A DNA stretch of 64,000 nucleotides from a bacterium. GTDB taxonomy: Bacteria > Patescibacteriota > Patescibacteriia > Patescibacteriales > UBA12465. Where the stretch lies: assembly GCA_030696105.1 (NCBI GenBank), contig JAUYNJ010000001.1:134903-198902 (forward strand), given 5' to 3'. Each line of letters opens with the position of its first letter. Within the stretch, counting starts at the first letter, position 1. A program made the translations under genes and the position numbers. The notes beneath the pieces are model-generated. The model was given only the letters and a program-made list of their open reading frames with translations. It was not told the origin of the DNA and made no database searches. Below are positions 37,219-46,854 of this stretch, piece by piece.

Positions 37219-37971
37219 ATGATCTACTTATTTAACACAATTTTTTACCAACCAATCTTCAATTTACTCGTATTCTTGTATAACTCAGTTACTTTTCAAG
37301 ATTTAGGTATTGCAATCATTCTTCTTACGATAATTATTAAGCTGATTCTTTGGCCATTATCAAGAAAGTCAATCAAGTCACAGCAATCATTACAAACACT
37401 TCAACCCAAGATTGATGCTCTCAAGGCCAAGCACAAAGGTAATCAACAAGAGATGGGTAAGGAAATGATGGCGCTTTATAAAGAGCACAAAATTAATCCT
37501 TTTTCTTCTTGTTTGCCTTTAATTCTACAATTACCTTTCTTTATTGCGGTGTATCAAGTTTTGCGTAAGGGTCTTGATAACAACTTTGAGATGCTATACC
37601 CCTTTATTACTAGACCAGAAGTTATTAACCCCTTCCTACTAGACTTCTTAGATTTATCTAAACCAAATATTTATCTAGCGGTCTTAGCTGGTGCGGCGCA
37701 GTTCTGGCAAGCAAAAATGATGATGGCTAAGCGTGTCGATGTAAAAGCTGGGGGCGAGGGGTCAAAAGATGAAAACATGGCAGCAATTATGAGTAAGCAG
37801 ATGGTTTACTTTATGCCCGCCTTAACTGTGTTTATTGGTATTACCCTCCCGGGTGGACTAACACTTTACTGGCTAACCATCACCTTGTTGACCGTGTTAC
37901 AACAAGTACTGATGGCAAGAAAACAACCAAAAAATGACCCACCAGCCATTGAGGGTCAAATCATTAAATAA
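37219..37971 (+). CDS. yidC: YidC/Oxa1 membrane insertase
   Basis: GIAIILLTIIIKLILWPL, LQPKI, INPFSSCLPLILQLPFF, GLTLYW. Confidence 0.95.
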   Translation: MIYLFNTIFYQPIFNLLVFLYNSVTFQDLGIAIILLTIIIKLILWPLSRKSIKSQQSLQTLQPKIDALKAKHKGNQQEMGKEMMALYKEHKINPFSSCLPLILQLPFFIAVYQVLRKGLDNNFEMLYPFITRPEVINPFLLDFLDLSKPNIYLAVLAGAAQFWQAKMMMAKRVDVKAGGEGSKDENMAAIMSKQMVYFMPALTVFIGITLPGGLTLYWLTITLLTVLQQVLMARKQPKNDPPAIEGQIIK

Positions 37972-37983
37972 ATATATTTGTAC

Positions 37984-38010
37984 AAAAAAACCGGGTCAAC
38001 CCGGTTTTTT
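37984..38010. terminator. Bidirectional intrinsic terminator
   Basis: AAAAAAACCGGG-TCAA-CCCGGTTTTTT. Confidence 0.85.
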
Positions 38011-38752
38011 ATATGAATCCTCTTTCTTTACCAACGATTACATTTATCTTTTGTGGAATTATACCCACCTCTGTGGGTAAAGGAATTGTAACTGAATTAT
38101 CGAGGATTAATTCACCCTCTCCGGAAATCTTAATATTATTGCTTGTTAAAAATGTGTTATCCTCACCACGCCCACTGATCACCAGATTTAAATCATTATC
38201 ATAGGGATCAATTCTGTCCTTACAGAATAAATTTAAATCATCGTTAAGGTTAATGATTTTAATTGTAGTTTTTTTAGTAAGCTCAAGGGTGTATTCTTCA
38301 TTAATACTCAGCTGGGCACTGCTACTCGTGATTTCTGCTTTATTTAAGAAGATATTATTACCAGCTATACCAATGTCAATTTTTTTAATACGTCTCGCCA
38401 GCAAGATATTGCAAGCATCTTCCTCTTTTTTTATACCGAGTGAAGTGGCAATTGAATTATTGTCACCGATTGGAATAATTGAAAATAGAACATCTTTCTG
38501 GAAAAAACCGTAGGCTTTGTTGGTTATCATTGCACTAATAACCTTATTTGCCGTTTCATTATTGCCCACCGCAATAATATTTTTTATACCGTTCTTAATT
38601 TCTGCCTGTATTACATCACGGACATTTTTTATAGAGCCTAAACGAATGATCTTGCCATTAAGGCCAAGGTCAGTCAGCCTGATCTCGATACGATTTAAAG
38701 CGCGGCGATAACGGCCCTTATTTAAATAGTCGTCGTAAATGTAAGCATTCAT
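38009..38752 (-). CDS. Diacylglycerol-kinase-like protein (degenerate)
   Basis: IIAVGNNETANKVI (GGDGT equivalent), IIPIGDNNSIATSLGI, IDIG. Confidence 0.7.
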   Translation of the reverse strand: MNAYIYDDYLNKGRYRRALNRIEIRLTDLGLNGKIIRLGSIKNVRDVIQAEIKNGIKNIIAVGNNETANKVISAMITNKAYGFFQKDVLFSIIPIGDNNSIATSLGIKKEEDACNILLARRIKKIDIGIAGNNIFLNKAEITSSSAQLSINEEYTLELTKKTTIKIINLNDDLNLFCKDRIDPYDNDLNLVISGRGEDNTFLTSNNIKISGEGELILDNSVTIPLPTEVGIIPQKINVIVGKERGFI

Positions 38753-38766
38753 ACAGCAATTAAGCG

Positions 38767-39168
38767 CTATTCAGCCTCCTCGACAGCTTCAGATTTTTTA
38801 TCAGCTCGTTTAGCATCAGAGGCAGAGACGAGAATTTGACCAGTAATTGAAGCGCCGCGTTCGATGGATATTTCACCACACTGAACGTCACCGGCAATTT
38901 TTGCAGTTTTGCCTATTGCCAAATAGCGACGAGCTTTAATGTTACCACTGATTTCGCCGTTAATTAATGCTTCATTTGCTTCAACGTTGGCATTTACGCG
39001 CGCTTTTTCACCGATGAACACATTAGCCTCAGTTTTTAGGCTACCCTCAAGGAATCCTTCGATGACAATGTCTCCTTTACCATTAAAATTTCCTTTAACG
39101 CGAATCGAAGCACCAATAATTGTTTCGGCGTCTTTCATACGCTCCAATTTGTTGTCTTTGCTAAACAT
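38767..39168 (-). CDS. Bactofilin (polymer-forming cytoskeletal protein)
   Basis: TIIGASIRVKGNF...IEG.LEG.L...IGEKARVNANVEA...I.G.I.GNI. Confidence 0.9.
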   Translation of the reverse strand: MFSKDNKLERMKDAETIIGASIRVKGNFNGKGDIVIEGFLEGSLKTEANVFIGEKARVNANVEANEALINGEISGNIKARRYLAIGKTAKIAGDVQCGEISIERGASITGQILVSASDAKRADKKSEAVEEAE

Positions 39169-39366
39169 AAATTTAAATAATCCGGTCCATTAACGAAACG
39201 GATGTGCAATTTAAAAGGCAATGTAAATATAGTTGTTAATTAGAATTGCTTATATTTTAGTATATATATTGTAAGTTGTCAAAAATTTAGTTAATGTTAT
39301 TGCAATAAGTTCAGAATATAAGGGTTGTAAAAAAAATTAATTTCGGTTATTATTATTCTTGACCTG

Positions 39367-39438
39367 GCCCTTGTAGTTTAATGGATAAAACAAGAATCTC
39401 CTAAGTTCTAGATCCAGGTTCGATTCCTGGCGAGGGCA
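39367..39438 (+). tRNA. tRNA-Arg(CCT)
   Basis: GCCCTTG...AGAAT-CTCCTAA-GTTCT...GGTTCGATTCC...CGAGGGC-A. Confidence 0.94.
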
Positions 39439-39491
39439 CCCACTTGCCTATTGACAAATATAGATAATTATAGTGTTAAGTAACAATCCAC

Positions 39492-40460
39492 CGTTCTTCG
39501 CAGAACATTATGGGCCATTAGCTCAGTTGGCTAGAGCGCTTCCATGGCATGGAAGAGGTCAAGGGTTCAAGTCCCTTATGGTCCACACTAAGAAAGACTT
39601 TTATAGTCTTTCTTTTTTTGTACTTAAACCACATTTATCTCGTCATCGACAGTTTTGTTCTACGCAGAACAACCTAAAGGAGCCATCTACCTCGACAAGT
39701 GACGCAATTATACAATAATAAACACCAAATTATTAACTCAGAGCACTTAAATAGCTACTAACAGCATTGTTCTGTGCAGAACACCGGTCAATATCAAGTA
39801 AATTATATTTTTTATGGCTATTTAAAAGCGTTGGCATGATAAATTCCTGCCAAATTATTCTAGCGGCGCCACTATTTGATTTCTCGTTAAATTATCAATG
39901 CGCTGTCAGCAAATATGGGCAGCAAAGCAATCCTTGTTCGTTGTTTGATGATTAAGATCTATTTTATCTGCGTTGTTCTACACAGAACAACACTATAAAT
40001 CATCATCGTGCGTTTAATGTACGAGCTATGAGATAGCAGCAGAGATCTAAATATCTAGCGACTTATTATTCGTCGAACAAGTTAAAGCTATATATTGGCG
40101 TAATTAATTCTGCTTTGCTAAATAACTTATTCTTATATGCAAAATAATTACTTGCGAATAGTGTTCTGTTAACGTTAATATCCTTAGATTTTGTTCTTTA
40201 CAGAACAAGCTCTAGAAATAATATCATCTTCTAGGACTTGCACCTGAAACTATTTTGTGTGCAAGCAATTGTTCCACAAAGAACAAAGCTAATACAGCTG
40301 TAAATCCTAATAAGACAATTAATCACACGCCAAGTGGGGGTTAGATACAGTCATTAATGGGCTTGTGGAATTTATCTATAATAAATATAACTGTTCTGCG
40401 TAGAACATCCGTAGTATTAGGGACAATAAAGGCTGAGGAGGTGCTGTTCCGCGTAGAACA
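39492..40460. repeat. Cluster of eight 16-bp parS-like palindromes (consensus TGTTCY-N4-AGAACA)
   Basis: Sites at 39492, 39656, 39768, 39974, 40192, 40270, 40392 and 40445, e.g. TGTTCTACGCAGAACA and TGTTCCGCGTAGAACA; 3-4 kb from dnaA. Confidence 0.8.
39512..39585 (+). tRNA. tRNA-Ala(GGC)
   Basis: GGGCCAT-TAGCTCAGTTGGCTAGAGC...CTTCC-ATGGCAT-GGAAG...GGTTCAAGTCC...ATGGTCC-A; G3-U70. Confidence 0.95.
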
Positions 40461-40587
40461 CTGTTTTTATTACTAACATTAAACAAATACTATAAAAGTA
40501 TGCTAAAATTAGCGCAATATTGAAGCTTTGCTTTTTAAATATTTAAACACTATAATATTAGTATTGAAATTAAAAATTAAACTAAAT

Positions 40588-41517
40588 ATGTACGACACAA
40601 TTATTATTGGTCAGGGACCAGCAGGCATCACTGCCGGCATATACGCAGTGCGCCGCGAGATGAAGACGCTCATTATTGGCAAGGAGCCAGGCGGGCAAAT
40701 AATTTGGGCTAGCGATATCGAAAATTATCCGGGCTTCGTCAGTATAACTAACTTTGAGTTGATTGATAGATTTAATGAGCACGCTATTAAGTCTGGGGTA
40801 GAAATAAAAAACACCACCGTCACTAGCTTACTTAAAAAGGATGACGGCACTTTTGTTGTAACTACAGAGGCGGGCGATTTCGAAGCCAAAACTGTTATTA
40901 TTACCATGGGGCTAGCACCGCGCCGCTTATCAGTACCTGGGGAAATGGAGTTAAGTGGGCGCGGCGTTTCCTACTGTGCTAACTGTGACGGGCCTTTATA
41001 TAAAGGTAAGACCGTGGCTGTTGTTGGTAGTGGCAACTCTGCTTTTGACGCTGCTGAGGTTATGTCAAAAATTGCTGAGAAAGTATATCTCGTAATTCGA
41101 AGCAGTACTTATAAAGCCTTTGACGCCTTAGTGAAAGAAGTGCAATCAAGACCAAATATCGAAATACTTATGGAGGCAAAAACCGTTGAAATAAAGGGCG
41201 AAGCAAAGGTTGAGGCGTTAATATACGAGAATACCAAGCAGGAAAAAATTACCTTACCACTCGAAGGTGTATTTGTAGAAATTGGACGTATTGCAAGCAC
41301 AGATTTGTTAAAAGATTTTGTTGAGCGTGATGAGCAGGGGCAGCTTTTAGCGGATGATAAACAAGAAACAAAAACGCCTGGTTTATTTGCTGCAGGCGAC
41401 GTTGTGCACAGTGAATACAAACAGATAACTATTGCGATGGGGCAAGCAACAGTAGCCGCCTTGTCTGCTTATCAATACATACAGAAGCAAGAGACAAAAA
41501 AACACGAAGTGAAATAA
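40588..41517 (+). CDS. trxB: Thioredoxin reductase
   Basis: IIIGQGPAG, IENYPG, GRGVSYCANCDG, VVGSGNSA, GLFAAGD; start at ATG 40588. Confidence 0.92.
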   Translation: MYDTIIIGQGPAGITAGIYAVRREMKTLIIGKEPGGQIIWASDIENYPGFVSITNFELIDRFNEHAIKSGVEIKNTTVTSLLKKDDGTFVVTTEAGDFEAKTVIITMGLAPRRLSVPGEMELSGRGVSYCANCDGPLYKGKTVAVVGSGNSAFDAAEVMSKIAEKVYLVIRSSTYKAFDALVKEVQSRPNIEILMEAKTVEIKGEAKVEALIYENTKQEKITLPLEGVFVEIGRIASTDLLKDFVERDEQGQLLADDKQETKTPGLFAAGDVVHSEYKQITIAMGQATVAALSAYQYIQKQETKKHEVK

Positions 41518-41528
41518 TTTAAAACAAT

Positions 41529-41557
41529 AAAATCGCCCTTTCAGGGGCGATTTTTTT
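41529..41557 (+). terminator. Intrinsic terminator
   Basis: AAAATCGCCC-TTTCAG-GGGCGATTTTTTT. Confidence 0.85.
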
Positions 41558-41596
41558 ATAGTATAATGAAGGTGATTATATATTTAAATAAAACCT

Positions 41597-42874
41597 ATGA
41601 ATAATAAGATTCACCTTGTCGCGGTTGATATGGGCTATGGTCACCAGCGTGCCGCTTATCCATTACTAGAACTAAGTCGAGAAGGAGCGCTTAATTTAAA
41701 TGATTACGAAGGGGTTGAAAATTGGGAAAAATCATACTGGTTGAAATCTCAAAAAACCTACGAAAAAATATCATACTTCAAACGAATTCCAGTTCTCGGG
41801 TCTTTAGTTTTTAAGGCGATGGATTATTTCCAGCAGATTGATAAGTTTTATCCTCGTCGTGATTTATCACCGATGACACTGCAGCAAAAAATGTTTTTTA
41901 GTGCCATCAAGAAAGGTGTGAGCCGTGGGTTGATTGAACGCTTAACTAAGGAGCCCTTACCATTCGTAACCAGTTTTTTTGTAGCTGCTTATGGTGCTGA
42001 GCATTATAATTATCCAGGCGACATTTATTGTATAGTTTGTGACGCTGATATTTCGCGTGCTTGGGCGCCTATTGATCCTAAGAATAGTCGCATCAAGTAT
42101 TTTGCGCCCAATGAAAGGGGACGTGAGCGCCTTAAACAATATGGTGTACCAGTAAATAATATAATAGTAACTGGTTTTCCATTACCCCTAGAAAACATCG
42201 GTGAAAATGATGAAATTATTAAAAGCGATTTAGGAAAAAGAATTGTATCGCTCGACCCGCTTAACATTTTTCGGAAAACGTACGAAAATTATCTTAAAGA
42301 TAACCTTGAGTTGCCGTTAGACTCAGGACGTCCTCTCACCGTTACTTTTGCGGTTGGCGGAGCTGGTGCACAACGCGAAATTGGTAGTCAAATAATTACT
42401 AAACTACAATCACACATCAAAGAAGGAAATATAAAAATGAATTTAATAGCAGGAAGTCGTGAGGATGTGCGTGATCACTTTAAAAAAACTCTAACTGAGA
42501 TCGGTTTAGAAAATAATCAGAATGCGCGTATTATTTATCATCCGCAAAAAATGGAATACTTCCGACAGTTTAATGAATGTATCCGGGAGACTGATGTATT
42601 ATGGACAAAGCCATCAGAGCTTAGTTTCTACTCAGGTTTAGGATTGCCAATTATTATGTCGGAACCAGTAGGATCGCAAGAGCACTTTAACCGCGAGTGG
42701 CTAATATCTATCGGGGCTGGCTTAGATAGTCCTGATCCGGAATACGTAGCTGAATGGTTGCTTGACTGGCGCCTGGATGGGCGCTTAGCAAGAGCTGCTT
42801 TTAATGCTTATTTAAACGCGCCAAGAGATGGAGTAGTAAATATTAAGAAAGCCTTATTTAATGAAAACCTATGA
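41597..42874 (+). CDS. GT-B fold glycosyltransferase-like protein (MGDG synthase/UgtP-like)
   Basis: DMGYGHQRAA, VTGFPLP, GGAGAQ, TKPSE, PVGSQEHFN. Confidence 0.7.
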   Translation: MNNKIHLVAVDMGYGHQRAAYPLLELSREGALNLNDYEGVENWEKSYWLKSQKTYEKISYFKRIPVLGSLVFKAMDYFQQIDKFYPRRDLSPMTLQQKMFFSAIKKGVSRGLIERLTKEPLPFVTSFFVAAYGAEHYNYPGDIYCIVCDADISRAWAPIDPKNSRIKYFAPNERGRERLKQYGVPVNNIIVTGFPLPLENIGENDEIIKSDLGKRIVSLDPLNIFRKTYENYLKDNLELPLDSGRPLTVTFAVGGAGAQREIGSQIITKLQSHIKEGNIKMNLIAGSREDVRDHFKKTLTEIGLENNQNARIIYHPQKMEYFRQFNECIRETDVLWTKPSELSFYSGLGLPIIMSEPVGSQEHFNREWLISIGAGLDSPDPEYVAEWLLDWRLDGRLARAAFNAYLNAPRDGVVNIKKALFNENL

Positions 42875-43809
42875 GTTGGATAATTGTTGCTTTTGCTGCA
42901 TACTTCTTATTAGCCATCGCAAATTTAGTAGACAAATATTTAGTAGAAAAAGTCGTTGGCAGCGCGCGCGCCTATACTTTTGTCGCCTGTGTTTTAGGCG
43001 CAGTCGTATTTGTGGCTGCCCCCTGGGTATTAGAGTGGCCAGGTTGGCAAGGCTTATTATATAATGTTATTCTAGGCGGCATATTCGCTGCCGCCTTGTT
43101 ACTACTCTTTGCGTCGCTCAGAAGAGGAGAAGCTTCAAGAGCTTTAGTAGTTATTGGCGGTTCAACGCCGGTGTTTACAATACCGCTCGCTTTTTTAATT
43201 CTAGGCGATCGAATTCCGTCAGGCGAGCTCATGGCTATAGGCTTTTTAATCGCTGGCGTCGCCGTGGTAGCACTGTTGCCTAGCCAAAAACCAAGCCTAT
43301 GGTCAAAAATTGTGGGTATGGTTAAGAAAAGACCTTCAACCAAAACAAGTATTGCCCTGGCTCTTGCCTCCGGTTTAGCTTACTCCCTGTTCTTTGTCGG
43401 CAGTAAGTATGTATATCAGGACCAATCGTTTTTGAGCGCCTTTCTCTGGATGCGTCTTGGTGCGGCAATGTTTGCTTCACTACTGCTTATTTCCCCTCGC
43501 GCACAGCAAGAGGTGAAGGCTCTGTTTACACGCAAGCCGGGAAGTAAGCGCAATCAAGGATTGGTGGTGGGCAATCAGGTACTTGGTGCTCTCGGTTTCA
43601 TCTTACAAAACTATGCTGTATTTCTCGGGCCAGTTGCTTTAGTGAACGCTTTACAGGGTGTGCAGTATGCCTGGATAATTGTGCTTGGTGCTCTTGTTAC
43701 TGTCTTTAGGCCAGATATTCTTAAAGAGGATATCAGCTGGCGGGCATTAACTCAAAAAGGTCTTGCGATTTTACTTATTGGTATTGGTTTATATCTTTTA
43801 GCGGTATGA
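42871..43809 (+). CDS. EamA/DMT-family transporter
   Basis: Ten TM helices in two EamA-like repeats. Confidence 0.8.
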   Translation: MSWIIVAFAAYFLLAIANLVDKYLVEKVVGSARAYTFVACVLGAVVFVAAPWVLEWPGWQGLLYNVILGGIFAAALLLLFASLRRGEASRALVVIGGSTPVFTIPLAFLILGDRIPSGELMAIGFLIAGVAVVALLPSQKPSLWSKIVGMVKKRPSTKTSIALALASGLAYSLFFVGSKYVYQDQSFLSAFLWMRLGAAMFASLLLISPRAQQEVKALFTRKPGSKRNQGLVVGNQVLGALGFILQNYAVFLGPVALVNALQGVQYAWIIVLGALVTVFRPDILKEDISWRALTQKGLAILLIGIGLYLLAV

Positions 43810-44807
43810 AATTAAAAATGAAAATATTTTGGCTCGTCTTAATTGTGCTAGCGGTGAGCCTAGTCTTAATCATGAAAATTTTTAACTACAGTCGAGAGAA
43901 TCTCGTTATTGAGCGAAACCCAGAATTTTTTGGCGTCACTTACTCAAAAAAGTATGCTCAAGGGATTGGCTTAAACTGGCGTGAAACCTATATCGCAATT
44001 CTTGACGATTTAAAAGTTAAGCATTTACGCCTGCCAATCTATTGGGATGAAATTGAAAAAGAAAAAGGCGTATTTGATTATAGCGACTATGACTACATGA
44101 TTTCTGAGGGATTAAAGCGTAATGTGCATTTTGTCATCAATATCGGCTGGCGCCTACCTCGTTGGCCAGAGTGTCATGCTCCCGCTTGGACGAATCAGGA
44201 GAGTATTTCTGATATTCAGGAGGACACCTTGCACATGATAGAAAAAACTGTTAAAAGATATCAGGACAATCCGGCAATCATGTATTGGCAAATCGAGAAT
44301 GAGCCATTTTTGAATACATTCGGTATTTGCCCCCCAAGTGATGAGGAATTTTTTGCTCGTGAAATTGCGTTGGTAAGATCGTTAGATAAAAGACCTATTA
44401 TCGTTTCTGGGCCCGGTGAGCTTAATATGTGGCGCAAAGAAGCAAAATACGGGGATATATTTGGAACCACCATGTACCGCGTCATCTGGAACCCAATGAT
44501 TGGCTACCTGCGTTACCCAATTCCAACCTGGTATTATCCGCTGAAAGCTTGGTTTGTTGGTATTCCACCTGAAAAACGCATCATTGCTGAACTACAGGCA
44601 GAACCATGGGTACCTCAGGGCAAAATTATATACTTATCAAAAAGCGAGGCTGACTATTCATTTAATGTTGATCAATTCAAAGCGAATTTAAATTACGCGC
44701 AGAAAACAAAATTCAAAAAAGCGTACCTTTGGGGTGTTGAATGGTGGTACTGGCAGTATAAACACGACGATCCTGCTTTTTGGGAATTAGCGCGCACCCT
44801 TTTCTAG
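43806..44807 (+). CDS. Membrane-anchored clan GH-A glycoside hydrolase-like protein
   Basis: RLPIYWDEIE, PRWPECH, WQIENEP (acid/base), ELQAEPW (nucleophile), LWGVEWW. Confidence 0.75.
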   Translation: MKLKMKIFWLVLIVLAVSLVLIMKIFNYSRENLVIERNPEFFGVTYSKKYAQGIGLNWRETYIAILDDLKVKHLRLPIYWDEIEKEKGVFDYSDYDYMISEGLKRNVHFVINIGWRLPRWPECHAPAWTNQESISDIQEDTLHMIEKTVKRYQDNPAIMYWQIENEPFLNTFGICPPSDEEFFAREIALVRSLDKRPIIVSGPGELNMWRKEAKYGDIFGTTMYRVIWNPMIGYLRYPIPTWYYPLKAWFVGIPPEKRIIAELQAEPWVPQGKIIYLSKSEADYSFNVDQFKANLNYAQKTKFKKAYLWGVEWWYWQYKHDDPAFWELARTLF

Positions 44808-44811
44808 TAAT

Positions 44812-45513
44812 ATGTTATCGATAGTTATACCGACTCTAAATGAAGAAAAGTATTTACCTCTACTGCTTGAAGCTATCAAGAAGCAGGGTTTTTCTGACTA
44901 TGAAGTTATAGTTTCAGACGGCAAGTCAGAGGATAAAACAATTAGTATAGCCTTTAATGCTGGCTGTAGAGTGGTTGAGGATGAAGGGCGTTCGCCGGCA
45001 AGACAGCGAAACTTAGGCGCGCAGGTTGCTAAGGGCGACACCATATTATTTTTAGATGCGGATTCACTCTTGCCCGACGACTTTCTGCCCGCCGCCTATA
45101 AGGAGTTTAGAAAAAAAAATTTAAGCGCTGCGGGTTTCTATTTGCACTTCAATTCCCCTAAACGTGTTTATCGTTTTATTGAGCCCGCTTTTCGTATTAT
45201 GAGTTATCTGGGTCAGTACTTTTTTCCAGCCTCCGTCGGCGTAGGGATTATGGCGTCAAAAATTGCTCATGATACGATTAAAGGTTTTGACGAGAGCATC
45301 TATATTGGCGAGGATTATGATTATATTAATCGCCTTGCCGGTGTCGGTAAGTACCGAATGATTGCGAGTACGTTCCTCTATTTTTCGGTGCGTCGCTTAG
45401 AAAAAGAGGGGGTCGCGCCGGTACTTTGGAAATGGTTTGTGGGTGGGATCTATTTTATCATCAGGGGACCGATACGGAAGAAAATTGTGAAGTATGAGTT
45501 TGGGAAATACTAA
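44812..45513 (+). CDS. Family 2 glycosyltransferase
   Basis: SIVIPTLNEE, VSDGKSEDKT, RNLGA, FLDAD, GFDE, GEDYD, SVRRL. Confidence 0.92.
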   Translation: MLSIVIPTLNEEKYLPLLLEAIKKQGFSDYEVIVSDGKSEDKTISIAFNAGCRVVEDEGRSPARQRNLGAQVAKGDTILFLDADSLLPDDFLPAAYKEFRKKNLSAAGFYLHFNSPKRVYRFIEPAFRIMSYLGQYFFPASVGVGIMASKIAHDTIKGFDESIYIGEDYDYINRLAGVGKYRMIASTFLYFSVRRLEKEGVAPVLWKWFVGGIYFIIRGPIRKKIVKYEFGKY

Positions 45514-45553
45514 AAAACAGCCATAAAGTGGCTGTTTTTTGATATATTGTGTG

Positions 45554-45625
45554 AGCGGGTAAACGGAATCGAACCGTCATCCTCAGCTTGGAAGGCTGAT
45601 ATAATAACCATTATACGATACCCGC
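45554..45625 (-). tRNA. tRNA-Gly(TCC)
   Basis: GCGGGTA...TCAGC-CTTCCAA-GCTGA...GGTTCGATTCC...TACCCGC-T. Confidence 0.95.
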
Positions 45626-45672
45626 GCTTACTCAAACTTCATAATAAGAGATTTTAAGGTAGTAGTCAAATA

Positions 45673-46854
45673 TTAACGCGTGTCTTTAATGATGTATAAA
45701 AACAGGAAGCCAGAGGACATTAATAAGGCAATGAAAATAAAAAGATACTCGAGTGGGTAGAACAAGAGCACAATAGCGGCTAAGCCAGTTCCCACTAAAT
45801 ACCCAAGAGGAGAAGCTGTTCTAAAAAAATTAATATAAGGCACATCGTCGGCGGCCACAAGCTTGAAAAAGTATGACTCTCTCATAGCCTCGATTAAAGC
45901 CGCGCCAACACGGCTCAGAAATAATAAGCCGCCCCAAATCCAAATGTCGGGAGTTTTTATGGCAAAAAATAAAAACAAGGCGAGAATAATTATTCCTAGG
46001 CCGATGCCTAGCATTTCTTTTTCTCCAAAATACTTGTCGGCCAGATAACCGGCTGGAATTTCTATAAGAAGGAACGGCAATAACATAAAAGAAAACATTA
46101 TACCGAGAACAGCCCAGGAGAAACCAAGATTTTGGTGAAGATAAATTGGAATATAAACAACCGCACTACTGAAAAAAATACTGAGTAATAGAGAAATAAA
46201 ATAAATACCGCGCAAATTCTTATTTTTCCATAAACCCTTAATTGTTTTTACAATCGAAGCAGTTTTATAGCGATGTGAGTCTTTAAAGCGTCGTCGATAA
46301 TTAATCAGTAAAGCAAAAAAAGGAACTAAAAATATTGCTGCTATAATAAATACCCAGTAGTAACCGGCACGCTGAACTAAGACACTAGACAAGAAGGGGG
46401 CTAAAATCCAACCAAGATTAATGGCGGTAAAATATATAGTTCTTGTTCTGCCGGTTGAGGCATCTTCGGAAAATTTCTCAACCAACAAATCCATGTTAAT
46501 CCAGATCAAGTTGCTAACGACACTAAGTAAAATGAAGGAGGCAAAAATCGCTATAAAATTGGTTGCCAGACTCATTCCCAGCAGAGATAAAACAAAGAGA
46601 AAAAGGTTTACCTCAGTTGTAACAAGATTGCCAAAACGCTTAATTAAGCGTGGAAAATAAATAATAGCGAAAACAGCTATAAGGTTAGCGACGGCAAAGA
46701 AGATGCTAATCCAGGTAATGGAAAGCATTGTTCCTAGATAGTTTGACTGGATGTATGCCGGCAGTGCATTAGCAATTGCTAAAATTGTGCCCAAAATGTA
46801 AAGGAGGACAAGGTTTTGTTTAGGGTTGTTGCGATGGAATAAACGGATTTTCAT
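45673..46854 (-). CDS. MFS transporter
   Basis: Twelve TM helices; GYLADKYFGEK motif A-like loop. Confidence 0.88.
   Translation of the reverse strand: MKIRLFHRNNPKQNLVLLYILGTILAIANALPAYIQSNYLGTMLSITWISIFFAVANLIAVFAIIYFPRLIKRFGNLVTTEVNLFLFVLSLLGMSLATNFIAIFASFILLSVVSNLIWINMDLLVEKFSEDASTGRTRTIYFTAINLGWILAPFLSSVLVQRAGYYWVFIIAAIFLVPFFALLINYRRRFKDSHRYKTASIVKTIKGLWKNKNLRGIYFISLLLSIFFSSAVVYIPIYLHQNLGFSWAVLGIMFSFMLLPFLLIEIPAGYLADKYFGEKEMLGIGLGIIILALFLFFAIKTPDIWIWGGLLFLSRVGAALIEAMRESYFFKLVAADDVPYINFFRTASPLGYLVGTGLAAIVLLFYPLEYLFIFIALLMSSGFLFLYIIKDTR

Noticed and set aside
39473-39955. ORFs 39473-39718 and 39767-39955
   Set aside because: They overlap tRNA-Ala and the palindrome cluster, have non-ATG starts and show no coding signal.
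39656-40460. CRISPR array
   Set aside because: The repeats are only 16 bp, degenerate and spaced 53-218 bp apart, and no cas genes are present; parS fits better.
45601-45625. 25-bp identity with positions 66-90
   Set aside because: Shared 5' halves of two tRNA-Gly isoacceptors, not att sites.
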